Shown here: piece after piece, positions 40,401 through 55,786 of the stretch
Position numbering within the stretch: the stretch's first letter is position 1
Layout of the letters: each line of letters opens with the position of its first letter
Assembly (NCBI RefSeq): GCF_001194135.2
Contig: NC_068991.1
Coordinates: 42,615,309-42,679,308, forward strand
Origin: Octopus bimaculoides
Taxonomy: Eukaryota
Direction: 5' to 3'
Length of the DNA stretch: 64,000 nt
Position numbers and translations under genes: made by a program
Notes under the pieces: generated by a model
The model's input: only the letters and a program-made list of their open reading frames with translations
Databases searched by the model: none
What the model was told of the DNA's origin: nothing

Positions 40401-43400
40401 CAATCTACAAAACATCAAGAGAGTTTGAATGTTATTGTTCTTGTGCTTGTAGCAGCAGTCTAAGTGTGGTTAGTTGGTGCTGGTGTTGCTGTAATCATTT
40501 GTCATTGTTTAGTTGCTGTCAGTTTGGGTCAGCTGCTGTTCGTGTCTTTACTGTTGTCTGCTTGCTGTCTTATCTCTCCTCTCTCTCAATGCTCTCTATC
40601 AAGCAGGTAAGGTGTGCTGAATTTATAGTGCGGGATAGGCTCATAGAGAAAGGCTTAAAAAGATGGAATTGTTTTGGGAGCCATTTCTAGGCGTAGTCAT
40701 GATTGGTTAGATTTTTTTTATCACATGGGTAATGTTCTAGCGAATCACAACATCAGATATAGTTATCTGATTACTGAATATTCCTGCCACATGACTTCCC
40801 TGCCATTGACAATTTCCATTCACAGTGAATTGAACAAAATTATGAGAATAGTGCTGGAATTGCAGATGTGATATGTATAAAAGAAGCATGCATAAGAAAA
40901 GGGTGAATGCATGACTAAGAATGTTGGTTAAATTGCACAGTACTGTCAGAAGATATTTTCATGCACAATACTGTGCTGTCTCGTACATGAAGTGCTGTAC
41001 AAGCTTATGGCGCAAAAGTCTGCAAAACCAGGAATGTGAAAAATAAAATTTAAAAGAAAATAGAATAAACAAACAGTATGCAGGAAAAATTAGAATTGTG
41101 GTTAAATGTTAGGCCACCAGAGTATAACTCTAAAAATACTAGGAAAGATCTAGGACTCCTGTATGTACATGAGCCAGATGAGTGCAGCTAAATGTGTAAC
41201 TGAGTGAATGAGTGACTTGTACATAGTTATGTGCATGTACACCAGTGAGTCAGTGTACTGTTTACCAGTTGGGTGGTAGTTGCATATTCAGGTGCATTTG
41301 TGTTGAATACCAGTTTGTCAATATTGTGAACCTATTCAGCTATTCCTGAGCTTAGGAATATAAGTAGCGAAAGTAGGGTTGCATCTTCTATCCATAGTAA
41401 CCTTATGCATACTGCTAGTAATGCATGTGTTTGCTAGGTGCTTGTGTGCATGTTGTGCAAGTGCTGGGTGCTTGCGTGCATGTCGAAATGTGTTCAGATA
41501 TATGTGTGTATGAGCAGAAAGGAGAAATCAGTAAGAAAAGAGTAATAATCTTGATGATGAAAACTTTTTTTTTGTTTTGTACTGCACTGGAGGAAACACA
41601 AGTTGACTTATCTCATTCTTGTCACTGGAGCAGATGGAGGCATCAGTGGAAGAATGTGCTGATGTCGATGATGTTACAGGTAGCATATTGGCATCTCAGC
41701 AGTGTTGCTCAAAACATTTGATGTGCTGAGAAGAAGCTTGATTGGGACACAATCACCTGTGTGGCATGGCTACAATGGTAGAGAAAAGTTCCTTGTAGAG
41801 TGAATTTTCTCAGAGACATATCAGTGTTGTTCATTTGAACTTGCAAGGTGTTGGTAAGCTGTGTAGTAGCAGTTTTTTATCAACTTGCAGAGCTGCATAA
41901 TGTCCTATGGACAGAATAATTGGCAATTGTTTCCTGGCTGTGTCATATTCTTTTGTTGGATCATCACTGTCATGATAAAGAGGCTGTGAAATGTATTTAA
42001 ACATTCAAGTCACCATTTGTTACTACTGCTGACTGCCATCTCTAGCATCAGATATCACCAGATGTTACATAGAGAAACACTGATAACTGATGAGATTTAT
42101 GATAAACAAATATTTATTCTTTTCATAAACAAAGGAAAATTTTGTTGTTACAACAAACAGCAAACCAGTGAGAAAGTTTGAATGTTATTGTTCTTGGTGT
42201 GCTTGTAGCAGCAGTCAAAGTGTGGTTTGTTGGTGCTGGTGTTTCTGTCATTGTTCATCATTGTTTAGCTGCTGTCAGCTTGGGTCAGCAGCTGTCTGCG
42301 TCTGTTTGCTGTCTGTCTGCCTTCTCATCTCAGCTGTTTCTCATTGCTCTATGGTTAAGTAGCTAAGGTGTGATGAATTTATAGTGCCAGATAGGCTCAG
42401 AGAGAAAAACATGAAAAGATGTAATTGTTGCTGGAGCCTGGTCCAGGTGAAGTCATGATTAGTTAAATTTTTTTATCATGTGGGTAATGTTCTACTGAAT
42501 TACGACATTGGATATATTGATCTGATTGTGGGAAATGTCAATTTGTTTTGTTATTTAAACGTAGGAAGAATTTTATACACCAAACTGCTACCACAGACCA
42601 AATATGAGCTTGTGAAAGAAATAATACATATCCTCGTGAACCTGCAAGAAACAGCAGCCAAATCTTGTTCATATCAGACTCCAACTTGTAAGATACATTA
42701 TGTCTGGGCAAAAGCAGCTAGAGCGCTTTTGATGATAGATTTACTGGATGAAGACTAACCTGTGGTTAAATAACAATGAGCTAAAATACCCTTGGACTGC
42801 ATAAAAATGTACTTAATGTTGGTGATATTTTGTTTATTTTGGGGAATATATATAGTAGAGTTTAGAGAATTTTAATTAGCCAATGAATCCACATTCTTTT
42901 GTTTGGACTTTGTATTTCAAATGTTAAGTAATAGAACAAACAACCCAACATAGACAGTGTGATTTTGAGTAGGAAGTTAACTTTATGAATAACTAACTTA
43001 AAAGCCACACTCCATGCAGATTTTAAGCTAACTCCTGCAGAGGGCTAATTGGGCCTATGGCCCAAATCTGATAAGAGCTAAATAGCATGACTATAATACA
43101 TCTATAATGACTATATTCCCTGGTGGTTTTGATCAGAGGTTAAAGACAGATAAGAATTAATTCTGTAATGCAATCAATCTATTGTTCCAGTACCAAGTTG
43201 AATTCTAACTGTTGGCCAGTTTGTCCCAAAGTTCTTATCTTGATATAAAATTAACGAAGTGAATGTCATTTATCTTAGAAAAAAGTTGGACATAAGAAGC
43301 ATGGGATGTGCTGTGCAAGAGAGATGACTGCGCTGGTATGGTCATGTGTTATGTATGGATGAAGACAGCTGTGTGAAGAGTCACACCCTAACAGTGGAGA

Positions 43401-46351
43401 GAACCTGTGGAAGAGGTAGAACCAGGAAGACCTGGGATGAAGTAGTGAAGCATGACCTTCGAACATTGGGCCTCACAGAGGCAATGACAAGTGACCAAGA
43501 CCTTTCGAGATATGCTGTGCTTGAGAAGACCTGGCAAGCCAAGTGATATCGTAGCCATGGCCAATACTAGTGTTGTATAACTGGCCCATTTAAAAGCACC
43601 CATCAATCATCAGGAAATATGCTATGCTTGTGAAGACCTGTTGAACCAAGTGAAATTGTAGTCATAGTCGATGCTAGTGCTGCCTGACAGGCACCTGTGC
43701 CAGGGGCACATAAAAAGCACTATTTAAGTGTGACCGATGCCAGTGCCGCCTGACTGGCACCCGTACCGGTGGCATGTAAAAAGCACCATTCAAGTGCGGT
43801 CAATGCCAGTGCCACATGGCTGGTTCTCATGTCGGTGGCACATAAAAAGCACCTACTGCACTCTTGGAGTGATTGGTGTTACGAAGGGCATCCAGCTGGA
43901 GAAACCTTGCCAAATCAGATTGGAGCCTTGTGCAGCCTCCCAGCTTGCCAGTTCTCAGTCAAACCGTCCCACCCATACCAGCATGGAAGGCGGACGTTAA
44001 ATGACGACGACGATAATGATGATGGAGATAGGAATATGTAAGAGTATCTGAGATGGAGAATTGAGCCAGGGTTTGTTTTATGATGTATGTTGATAAGTTA
44101 CCAGGGTCAAAGTGAAGAAAGAAAATTCCACTTCAGGTGGTGTAGACTCTGTTGATAGAGAACCTGCTCTTGAAGATATATCCTTTAACCTACATTTATC
44201 TATCTTGTTGTTAATTGTTGAAAGCAATTGCATTATTTTGATCTTATTGAGTTAACTTACAAAGCTATGACTAACACCAATCTTGTATCTTCAACTTTTG
44301 CATTTGTTCAAAATTTTTGTTTCGTTTCAGTGATGGCTCTTGTTACATACATTCTCACTGCTGGTGTAGTGATGGGCATTCAAAACAGGTTTGTACATTC
44401 ATTGTTTAAATGGCACACTCCTCTATACACATAATAATTGGTCTTTTGTTAGTGAAAGAAATTATTATTACCATTAGCACAATGTCAGTGAAGTTAGTAG
44501 AAACTAATGTTGTAATAAATTCTTTGTTATATGTAGTTATGTCCCTTCACATACTGAGTTCATACCTTGTCAGAACTGATATTTAACTTTCGTTTTTCCA
44601 GGGGTCAATAAATTTGGTACTAGGATGGATATAATAGACTATACATTTGTCTCTGAAAATGTATGAAGTTATGGAGCTTTTCTTACTGTAACGCCTTGAA
44701 CTAACATAGAATGTTTACAGTTTTGTGGCACTATAGCTATTTACACTTGTCTCATTCCAACCATTCAAGTGGTTGTATTATCTACTCTTTACAAGGTGGC
44801 AAACTGGCAGAATTGTTAGCATGCCAGGCAAAATACTTGCCAGCATTTTGTCCATCTTTACATTCTTGGTTCAAATTCCACTAAGGTCAACTTTGCCTTT
44901 AATCCTTACTGGGTCAATAAATTAAGTACCAGTGAAACACTGGGGTCAATGTAATCAACTACCTCTTCCTCCAAAATTTCAGGCTTTGTGTCTTTAGTAG
45001 AAAGGATTATTTACTCTTTACCATTTCAAAACAGCAGTCTTAATTAACTAAATTGCTAACGTGCTAACAAATAGGCTATTTGCCATCATCATCTTTATTT
45101 TTCCTAGTATTTGTTTCATAATAATCTTAGTATTAGTAGTACTACATTATTATTACCCTTATTTTTATTATTTCTCCTCTCCTTTTTTTTCTCTTTCATT
45201 TCCTACTGTTACTGATTTCTCTTTCCATTTATTATTCTTTATTTGAATATTCGTTTTTACTTTTGTTTATTTGATTATAGTTACTATGATATTGAAATAT
45301 TGTGGCCCATAGTATTTTCTATATTTGCTACTATGAATATTTGCAATTTACCACTGATCATAGCTATGTCTTATCAATGATACATGTACCAGTAAGATTG
45401 CTTTTATTATTGATGATAGTAATATTGGTTTCAAATTTTGGCACAAGCCAGCAATTTCAGAGGAGGGGTAAGTCAATTACATTGACCCCAATACTCAACT
45501 AGTACTGAAAGGATGAAAGACAAAGTCAACTTTGGTGGAATTTGAACTCAGAGCATGAAGACATAAAATGCCACTAAAGCATTTCACCTGGCATGCTAAT
45601 GATTCTGCCAGCTTGCCACCCTATTGATGATAGTAATCTTATTGTTATTATTCCTATTTTCATCCGTTTTCATCATTATTGATTCCTCCCCAGATACATG
45701 TTTGTCACAAAGTGCAAATACACATGACTTTAAGGTAGTCTGATATAACCAACCACACATATTGCATAACTTTTCACACAGAATCATTTATGTGCAATGT
45801 GGTTGGAAAATTGAGTGGTACAGAAACAATTGTAACTAATGATAAAGTTGTGCTATAGTCATTCTTCATCTGCTTCCTTGTATTATATGTTACTCTTCAT
45901 TGTACTTACATACTGCTTTTACCAGTGAGGTACCTGGAGTTTCTGCACCAGTGAATTTTGAATTTTTTTTCAAAGTTACAGTATGAGAGTGTAAATAACC
46001 AGGAGTTGGTGTTGAAATGTACCAGCTTTCTACCTTATCGGGACCTACACCATCCATCCATCTATCTATTTATCTATAGATACATATATACATATATGTT
46101 GTACCTACACTTATTTTAATTTCCAGATTTACTCCGGAGCAGCTTGGAATTCAAGCAAGTTCAGCTTTAGTGTGGCTTATACTGGAACTGTTTATCGTTA
46201 TGCTCAGCTTGTACATACTCAACTTGAATACTGGCCTCAAATATCTCGACACCCTTGCCTATTCAGGGTATAAATATGTAGGGTGAGTATTTTTTATTGA
46301 TTACTGTGAATAAACTGTACAAAATGTGATGTATGTACATATATATGTGTG

Positions 46352-46413
<62 letters not shown>

Positions 46414-48350
46414 TGCTTTATTTTCATGAGCACATATGTGTGTGTGTGTGTGTGTAGGGGGTCTGTGTGGATGTTTATATTCTGTACTTCGCATGAAAAA
46501 TTGCTGAGCTATAAATGGTAGAGTTTGTTGACATTTCTCTAAAAAAAAAAAAACATCCAGTAGCTTTGTACTTTTGAAGATGAGTGGAATAAAAATTTTC
46601 TTAAGTGCAAGACAGGTGAGAGTTAGCGACAAAAAGGTAACCAGCTTTTACACAAAACCTCAATAATATGATCTATCTAACCCATGCTTGCATAGAAAAA
46701 TGGAAGTAAAACACACAAATGAATGACAACTTCTATGGTGTTGTGCTATGATAAAATGCATCCAGTACACCCTGTAAAGGGGCTGGTGTTAGAAGAGCAT
46801 CCAGCAATAGAACTCATGCCAAAAATCGGGACATATGAGAGAGATGTAGCCCCTAGTCTGTCTAGGAGGGCCATTACGTCAAAGATGAACTAACTCTGAT
46901 TGTGTAGTCATGCAACTTATTCCAGCTTGAAAGGGAAGTAAAATGATGATATTTCCAGTTAATTTATTTGTAAAAGTTTCAAACAGTCGATTTAAATACT
47001 TGTTAAGGATTAACTCACTCAACTTTAGACATAGTGTTTTCAGAATTTCTTTCTTTCATCAATTCATTAATTTATGGTTGATTTTATCTCAGTTATAGTT
47101 GAAATGTCATAACAAAACTATCTGGACAAATTATCATCAATTTTTAACAGCTTTTACAAAATTTTTCATATTAACATTATCCTGCAGTGTTGATAAAAAT
47201 TTTGTTTTTCGTTTATTCATAAAAACCAGTCAGAATTTTTTGTCTAATATAGCATGTATTGGCCACCATACTGTGATAGAAGCAAGGAAAACATGGTAAC
47301 TGTTTATAATCACTTTGAAGTTCAGTATAATGTTATTATTTGATGTATATCAATTAACTGTACTCTTGGTAATTTATCATTTATCACAAGTACTCAAGAC
47401 CTTCAACTGTTTAAAATAGCTATGTCCTTTACGACCATAAACCCCACCCTACCTCCATATTCACACACCTATGCACACATACACACACATAATTCTGTCC
47501 TCTGGTAAAACTCACCCACAACCCTTCTCCCCCCAAACCTCCACCACCCACTGCAAGTCCTCTCCAATTCCTCTCAACAACATTTGTTATCTCTAAATAT
47601 CTCCTCTCACCCTTATGGTACATCTCCCTTATCCCCTCTGTGTTACTTATACTTTCCCCACCCACTTTTCCCTGGGTGTAGGCCCTCTCTCTTGCTTACT
47701 CTGACTCTTTATTCTCTCTCTCTCTCTCTCTCTCCTCCCTCTCCTTCCTTGTCCTACTGAGGTAGCCAAGTATCTCCTCTGTAATAAGACAGCTATCCCT
47801 GTCCTCTCATATTCCTATCTCTCACCCAGCACACAACCACTTCTTTCCATTCCTCTCCCTCTCTCAGCTGAGACAGCCTTGTCTTGCAAGCTACTTGGCA
47901 ATTCTGCAAGTTTTAGTGCCGAATAAAAAGCACCTGTGCCAGTACCATGTAAAAAAATATCCATGCTAGCCCCACGTAAAAACACCCATGTGAGTGTCAC
48001 ATGAAAAGCACTCAGTACACTCTGTAAAGTGGTTGGCGTTAGGAAGATCATTCAGCTGTAGAAACCATGCTGAAAGGTGACTGGAGCCTGGTGCAGCCCT
48101 CTGGTCTGCTAGCTCCTGTCAAACTGTGCAACCTGTGCCAGCATGGAAAACAGACATTAAATGATAATGATGATGATGGTGATGATGTGTTATAGGTATT
48201 GAAAGTAAGAAGCTCATTTAGCGACTGCATGATTTCAGATTCACTTCCACTGTGCAGCATCTTAAGCAAGTGTCTCTTCCACTGTAACTCTGAGCCAACA
48301 AGAGCCTTGTGAGTGAATTTGCTTGATGGAAACTACGTGGAAGCCAGACC

Positions 48351-48381
<31 letters not shown>

Positions 48382-48751
48382 CTGTCTGCTTGACAGCTAG
48401 TGTTGGTTTGTTTATATCCCTGTAACTGAGTAGTTCAGTAAAGGAGACTGATGGAATAAGTACCAGACATTCAAAATAAGTGCTAGGAGTGAACTGTTTG
48501 ACTAGACTCTTCAAGACAGTGCTCCAGCATGGCCATAGTCTAATGACTGCAAATCCATTGCATCCTGCTTCAGTGAAGTGGGAGCACTGCTTTGAAGGGT
48601 TTTAGCTGAACGAATCGATCCCAGGATATTTTTTTAAAAGCCGAGTACTTATTCTATCAGTCTCTTTTGTTGAACTATTAAGTTATGGGGATGTAAGCAC
48701 ACCAGCACCAGTTGTCAAGTGCTAGTGGTGGCAACAGAGGGACAAACACAG

Positions 48752-48785
<34 letters not shown>

Positions 48786-50181
48786 GACAGGCTTCTTTCA
48801 GTTTCTGTCTACTAAATCCACTTAAAAGGTTTTGGTTGGCCTGGGGCTATAGTAGAAAACACTTGCCCAGGGTACAATGCAGAGGAACTGAACCTAGAAC
48901 GATGTGGTTGGGAAGCAAGCTTCTTACCACACAGTCATGCAGCACCCATACCAATGATATGTAATAGGCACCTTTGCTGGTGAGGCATAAAAGGGCACCT
49001 GTGTTGGTGACACATAAAATGCATCCATACTGGTGACACATTGAAGGTGCCCATGCTGGTAACACATAGGAGGCACCCATGCCAGTGAGATATGTATATG
49101 ATTGGATCCAGTGGACTCTGTGGAAAAAAACCTTCATGGTTCAATGGAGGGGAGGCAGCTGCAGCAATGCATTGTGGAGTGCTGGATGAGGCAAGTAAGA
49201 CATCTAAGTCATCCACTGCATCTGTTTTCATTCCCAGTCATCTTGACCTGGTCTTGCAACTGGATTGAAGATGTTCACAGATGAGAGAGTGAAGTTGATG
49301 GTGTGGAACTCTTCTTCACGTAATACAAAGTGACTATACAAGTTATCCTTACGGATGACTAGATAGTCCTCTTCTCTCTGATGAACATCCATGAATATCA
49401 TCATTTAACATCCGTTTCTCCATGCTGGCATGGGTTGGACTGTTTGACAGGAGCTGGCCAGCTGAAGAGCTGCTGAAGTTCCATGTCTGTTTTGGCATGG
49501 TTTCTACAGCTGGATGCCCTTATGAACGCCAACCACTTTACAGAGTGTATTGAGTGCTTTCATGCAACACCGGCACAGATGCATTTACGTGGAACCATCA
49601 CCCATGAGCCCACAAGGTTGGGAAACCAGCTGGAGAGAGATGCAGGGGACAGCCTGTATGCAAGGACAACCATGTTTTTACTTAGCTTGGCATGTTTGAC
49701 GTGCCTTTTCAAGCACAGCAACCACCAGGAGTCTTGGTCCCCTGTCATCCCCTCTGTGAGTCCCAACATCCATAGAGCCTTTCTTACCACATTGTCTTGT
49801 GTAAAACTGGTACTCTATCAGTTATGATGATAATTGTTCCAGTTGATCCGATCAACAGAACAACCTGCTTGTGAAATTAACGTCCAAGTGGCAGAGTACT
49901 CCATAGACATGACTACCCGTAACATAGTTCTCATGGAGATTCAGTGTGACACAGAATGTGACAAGGCTGGCGGCCCTTTAAATTACAGGCACTTCTCACT
50001 TTTTGCCAGCTGAGTGAACTGGAGCACTGTGAAATAGTGTCTTGCTCAAGAACACAATGCATCACTGGGAATCAAACCCACTACCTAACAATCCTGAGCT
50101 GAATACCCTAACTACTAAGCCACATGCCTTTACATAAATATGTATGTTTTTATAGGTTTATGTATGTATGTATATGTATAT

Positions 50182-50218
<37 letters not shown>

Positions 50219-51148
50219 GGATGTAAGCTCAATAATGAGCATGTCCAATGCTTGTTAATGAGCAGCAAAGCAAATATTACTTTTTTTGCCTATTTAAGGA
50301 TCTGCAGTTTTTTACATACCTATTATAACTTTTACCATAACTATTTTATAAACGTTTCTACTCAGTTAAATGCAATTAGCATTGTGTACAGTCAATGTGT
50401 CTCTTCAGATCACCAATAAGAATATAACATTGATTACATGATTAGTCACAGACTTGTGTTCTTTGAGGTGGCAATAATCTATTATCAGGTTTGGTTTGAT
50501 CCATGTACTGTTGAGTGGCTAACTAGACCACCCTTGAGAAAGACAAACTCAATTACAAAACTATCATTTGAAAGAATTATTGATATCCAAGCTAATTGTT
50601 TTTACACTGTGCTTACTTTGTTTTTCTCCCTCTCTTTGCCTTTCTTCTGTTTTCTGTCTCTGAATTTTACTTGAGAATTGATTTTAGTTCAAATTTGTTT
50701 CTTTTAGTTATGTTTGAGAATTGTTTTTGATGCCCTTCTCATCTTCTTTTCTGTTTTCTTGCCTCTTTTACATCTTCTTTTTATCACACTATTTCTGAGT
50801 TTTACTTGTTTTTTTGTAAATTTCTAAGGACTCTGAAAAAAAAAATCGTCTGTGTTTCTCTCCCTCCCTCATTCCATCTTTGTTTCACCTCATATTTTCT
50901 CTCTCTTTCTTCTTTGTATCTTATATTCTTGGCACCGACCAAAAAAGATTCTTTGTCCATATGTAACCAAAGCTCAGCTTATTTCCACCTTATGAAGAAT
51001 TGTTTTTAGCTTTGTTTTTTTTTTTTTTGTAAAATGATTCCAAGTATATTCTTGACTTCTACTGTTTCTCTCTTCCCCTTCTCTATATCTTCTTGTTTTT
51101 TCTCTCTATCATTGCATTTTACACAGCTTGTATGCATGTATGTGTATA

Positions 51149-51180
<32 letters not shown>

Positions 51181-52906
51181 CCTACCATAATTATAAATTC
51201 TATTAATTTAGAGTTAATAGGTAAAAATAAGAGTCATGAAATTATGCCAGGAATTACCAAAAAATCATTTTTAATTCAATAAAAAAATATGATGTTGATC
51301 TGTACAATTTAGAGTTTAAACTTCTCTTCTTTTTACTTAGGTTTTTTCTATATACCCTATAATTGTAACTAATAGTGAAAATTTTGATGTCTACTAAAGT
51401 AATGCTGACATATATCTTTCAGACTAATTGTGATTAAATCAAGATATCGGGGTATTCATAACTATTTTCTTTCTAGGCAGACTGAAGCAAACAGTTATGT
51501 GCCTTGTCTAAACAAGGCTTCAGGCTAATACAGTGAATGCTGTGTTTAGCTGATAATATCAGAATAAAACCGAATATGTTTAAAGTGGTGTCTAATATTT
51601 GTGAGAAGGCTGAAAATAATATTAGTTGTTTATTTTTTCTATCACTGCATATTTATTTTTAGTTGACCTTTTAATGTTCTTGGCATTAAATGTGTTAACA
51701 TTTTTGATGTAGAAAGCATTTCTGGATTATCTGATTTATAAACAATTTTATTTTCTACATCAATAAATATACAATTGTGTGCATTTGCTTAGAGATTCTT
51801 TCATCACTAGTTCAAGTGTAGTGAAGGCTATGTTTTACTGATGAGAGCAGAATAACACAAACATGTCTGCAGTTGTCTTTCTTTATAGCTGGAAAAATTA
51901 AAATAATATTAGTCATTCATTGATTTTTTTTTTCTTTTTCTTTTCACATTTATAGTCAACTTTTTATTGATCTATACTAAATATTTTGACACTTTAGCAT
52001 TCAAATTAGCCATATCGGGCCAAAATATTCTACCTGTTTTATGTTCAAACTGAGCAGACCTAGCCTCTGCCATCTACTCTATAATGCCATTCTAAAAATA
52101 AACAATTAACATCATCAAAATCTCAAAGCTACAAGATAATGCATGATAATTGAAAACTGAATGAATAAATTAGCATTACATTTTGACAGAATAATCTGAA
52201 TGTTAAATGATTAATACTAACAATCCTGATATTACACTTGTTTCAAAATTTTAGCAGAAGAGCAATGTGTAGCAGAAATAAACTCCTGTAAACTGAATTA
52301 ATTTAATTTTTACTCCTGTTTGAAACTTAGATCTCGAGTAAGCTAAATAATTTCTAAACATACTGAAATACAGTGGTTTCTTTTTATGCTAGTACTTTGT
52401 TAATGAAGAGGGTTCTTTCCTGTCATTGTATTTGTAAAAGTTACTCTATTACCCAAGTATATAGTCCAGATATGTTAAGTGTATACCACACATTTAATAA
52501 AGTTAGGAAATAATCATTTAACATACTTGTTTAATGTGGCTAAACTCCTCGAATTTATTAACAATGCTAAGTGCACCTTGTATGTTTTAGAAGCAAATAC
52601 AGCTGTGACCATTCTTAATATGTTGTTGTTAGTAACAGCTGATAACACTAACACTGAAGTCGAGTGGTTAGATAGTAATGCCAAGCCATCCCATCATTTA
52701 GTGGGCTACTTGATTAATTATTTAATGTTTATAATTTTCTTTTTCTCTTTTCTTTCTTGTTTTGAACTAGTTGATGGGATGTTCTAAATCTATTTAACAT
52801 TTTCTACATTATTTATAAACATGGCAGCATGCTACTTATATATATANNNNNNNNNNNNNNNNNNNNNNNNNNNNNNNNNNNNNNNNNNNNNNNNNNNNNN
52901 NNNNNN

Positions 52907-52937
<31 letters not shown>

Positions 52938-55200
52938 AAATAATTAAGATTCAGTTGAATTAGATATTTACATTGAGGCACCAAGGCTGTTTGTTAAAGT
53001 CTGCGCAGCTCGTAGTTAGGTGAATAAAAAGCAAATAAGTAACAAGGATATCCTGGTATCAGTGCATTATGGCCGTTTCAAGCGGCTCCATTTAATTGAT
53101 TAATGAAACCATTACATCAATATGAAATAAACCACTCTCCTTGGATGTAACCAACCATATAGATTTCCAACATAGGGAATAAACCATTTTTTCTGCCTCG
53201 GAAATACCAAAGAGTAACAATGTAGTTATTTTAGTTGCTGGTACTGATTTAAGTTATACTAAGACAAAAATGGTTTATTCTTTATATTGGAAATCTATAT
53301 GGTTGGCTGCAACTAAGGAGAATGGTTTATTTCATATTGAAGTAACATTTTCATTAATCAATTAAATGGAGCTGCTTGAAACAGCCGTAATGCACAGATG
53401 CCTGGAAATCTTTGTTACTTATTTGCTTTTTATACATATATATATGTGTGTGTGTGTCAAGTGTACAAAAAGCAAAAGACAGAGATAGGTGAGGGAACAA
53501 CAAGCAAGTTGTATTAGTTTCACGCTCAGGAAAAATGGAAGAAAAGTCTTGGATGTTCCGAGCTTACGCTCTTTGACAAAAAGGGGTGAGGATATATATA
53601 TATATATATAGAGAGAGAGAGGGGGGGGGAGAGAAATATTAATATGAAAGAATCATCTTTGTTTTATGTCCACTTTCCACACCGGCATGGGTTAGATGGG
53701 TCACCACAATTTGAATTGGCACACATTTGGGAATACTATTCATCTATATCAGGGGTTGGCAACTTCTTTGCTTCCATGGGCTGGATTGAGTATTAATGAT
53801 GGATAGTGAGCCAGACAAAGGCCATAAAAGAATAATTATGGAAAATTACACATGCTAAAATTCAATCATGTGTTGACTATATTTAAAAAATAATTTCTAT
53901 TAACCACAAATGAATGTAGTAATGGAAAAACGTCATTTATTCAATTTATGACATGACTGGAATCATTTGTTTAAAATATCTTAGAAATACATAGCAGCTA
54001 AAAATTAATGGGAAACTTGATGTTTTTTGTTCCTTGAAAGCTTCTCAATATTAGGCTTCAAACTTGTTGATGCCAAGAGCAAGATATTATCAAGATGATT
54101 ATCAGTTAATCTTGTTTTCGAATTGTTCTTAGTTTGCTTCAATTTGGAAAATACACTGATAAGTGCTTTAAAAAAAAGTTGCTATCCTTTTTGCATGATT
54201 CACTAAGTTCGTATACTTCCCACTTGGAAAAATATATTTTGCATAGAAGTCAATCAATGGAACATCTTTAGAATGAAATTTACATTTCAATAAGTCGTCA
54301 CACTACATATCAATCAATTCCATTTGAAAACATTCTGATACTGTCTCCACCTCCAGATCAAATGGTGTATCAAACGATTTAAACTGATTTGCATGCAGAT
54401 GAAAGTCAGCAAAACATGATGCAAATTCATTTCTCAAATCCTGGATTATATTCACAAATACCTTTGAATCCTGTGGTTACCTTCTTCGAAATGATGGAAA
54501 ATGTGCATAATTTTTATTTCAAAGTTGATGTTCCCACAACTGTAGCTTTTTTTCAAAGGCAACAATATGGTTATACATGTCATTTATGAGCTGAGTTTTA
54601 ACTTGAAGTTGTAAATTTATGCTATTTAAATGATTCACAATATCCACAAATGCCAAAGTTGCAAGCCAATCAGGATCTCAAAAATGTGAACTATCCACAC
54701 GTTTGCTTGCGAGAAATAGTCTGCTTGCATTGAATTAATAAATAATAATTGATGTAAGTCAATTGTTGTTAATCAGTACTTCTCCAATTTCTGTTTTCTT
54801 TAAATTTTGATTCTTGATAAATCCATGTTTATCCTTGTTTTACCTTATAACTTATGAACATAATGTTTGCATATGTATGCCCATGGTTAAATATAGGTAA
54901 CATACTGGTAGTATAATGGATACTTCTATCCCTTGGATGGTTATTTTAACCTCTAACTCAACTAGCCTATATATATACACATTTGACGTGCTTCTTTCAA
55001 TTTCTGTCTACCAAATCCACTCAAAAAGCTTTGGTTGGCCTGAGGTTGTTATAGAAGATACTTGCCCAAGGTGCCATGGAGTGGGACTGAACCTGGAACC
55101 ATGTGTTTGGGAAGCAAGCTGCTTACTGCACAGCCATATACTTATATATTTCATAAAATATTTACCTTATGATATTTATCACATTTCAGTAGCCATTGTG

Positions 55201-55231
<31 letters not shown>

Positions 55232-55750
55232 TTTCTTTCAGTTTCTGACTACTGAATCCACTCACAAATCTTTGGTTGGTAACATCTCAGAGTTGATGTC
55301 AGTTAAAGTGATCTGTTACAGAAAAGTAAAGATAAGCCATCAAATCAGATCTTCTACTCAACACTAATGTCACTTCCATACACTCAGACACAAACACGTA
55401 TAGTAGTGAGTTTTTTCCAGGCAACAAACAACTAAACTAGGTTTTTTAGCGAATATTTTAATTAACACTTGAGGCCATTTCAACCTGAAGATAGCCTCAA
55501 CTTATTCTTTCATACTTCTAAAATAGCAGTGGGGACATTGTGATGAAACAGCAAGTATCAGTAACATACAGAGGTTGAGTCAATTGGGTTAATTACTCTT
55601 TAGAATAATGACCTTATGTATTGTTTTTACTTCAGACATCACTTGAAAATTTTATTGGTCTTGGATTTTACATGTGTGTCCTTTTACTTTTTGCCAGATT
55701 CAGTGCGTTCTTCCTATTGCTTTAGCATTAGTCAACACACACGCACATGT

Positions 55751-55786
<36 letters not shown>

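Noticed and set aside
41830-42000. DPTKEY...PTPCKF as a Penelope RT N-terminal motif
   Set aside because: No LPKIHK or RT motifs follow. TG...CA repeats with PBS/PPT-like signals favour an LTR gag remnant.
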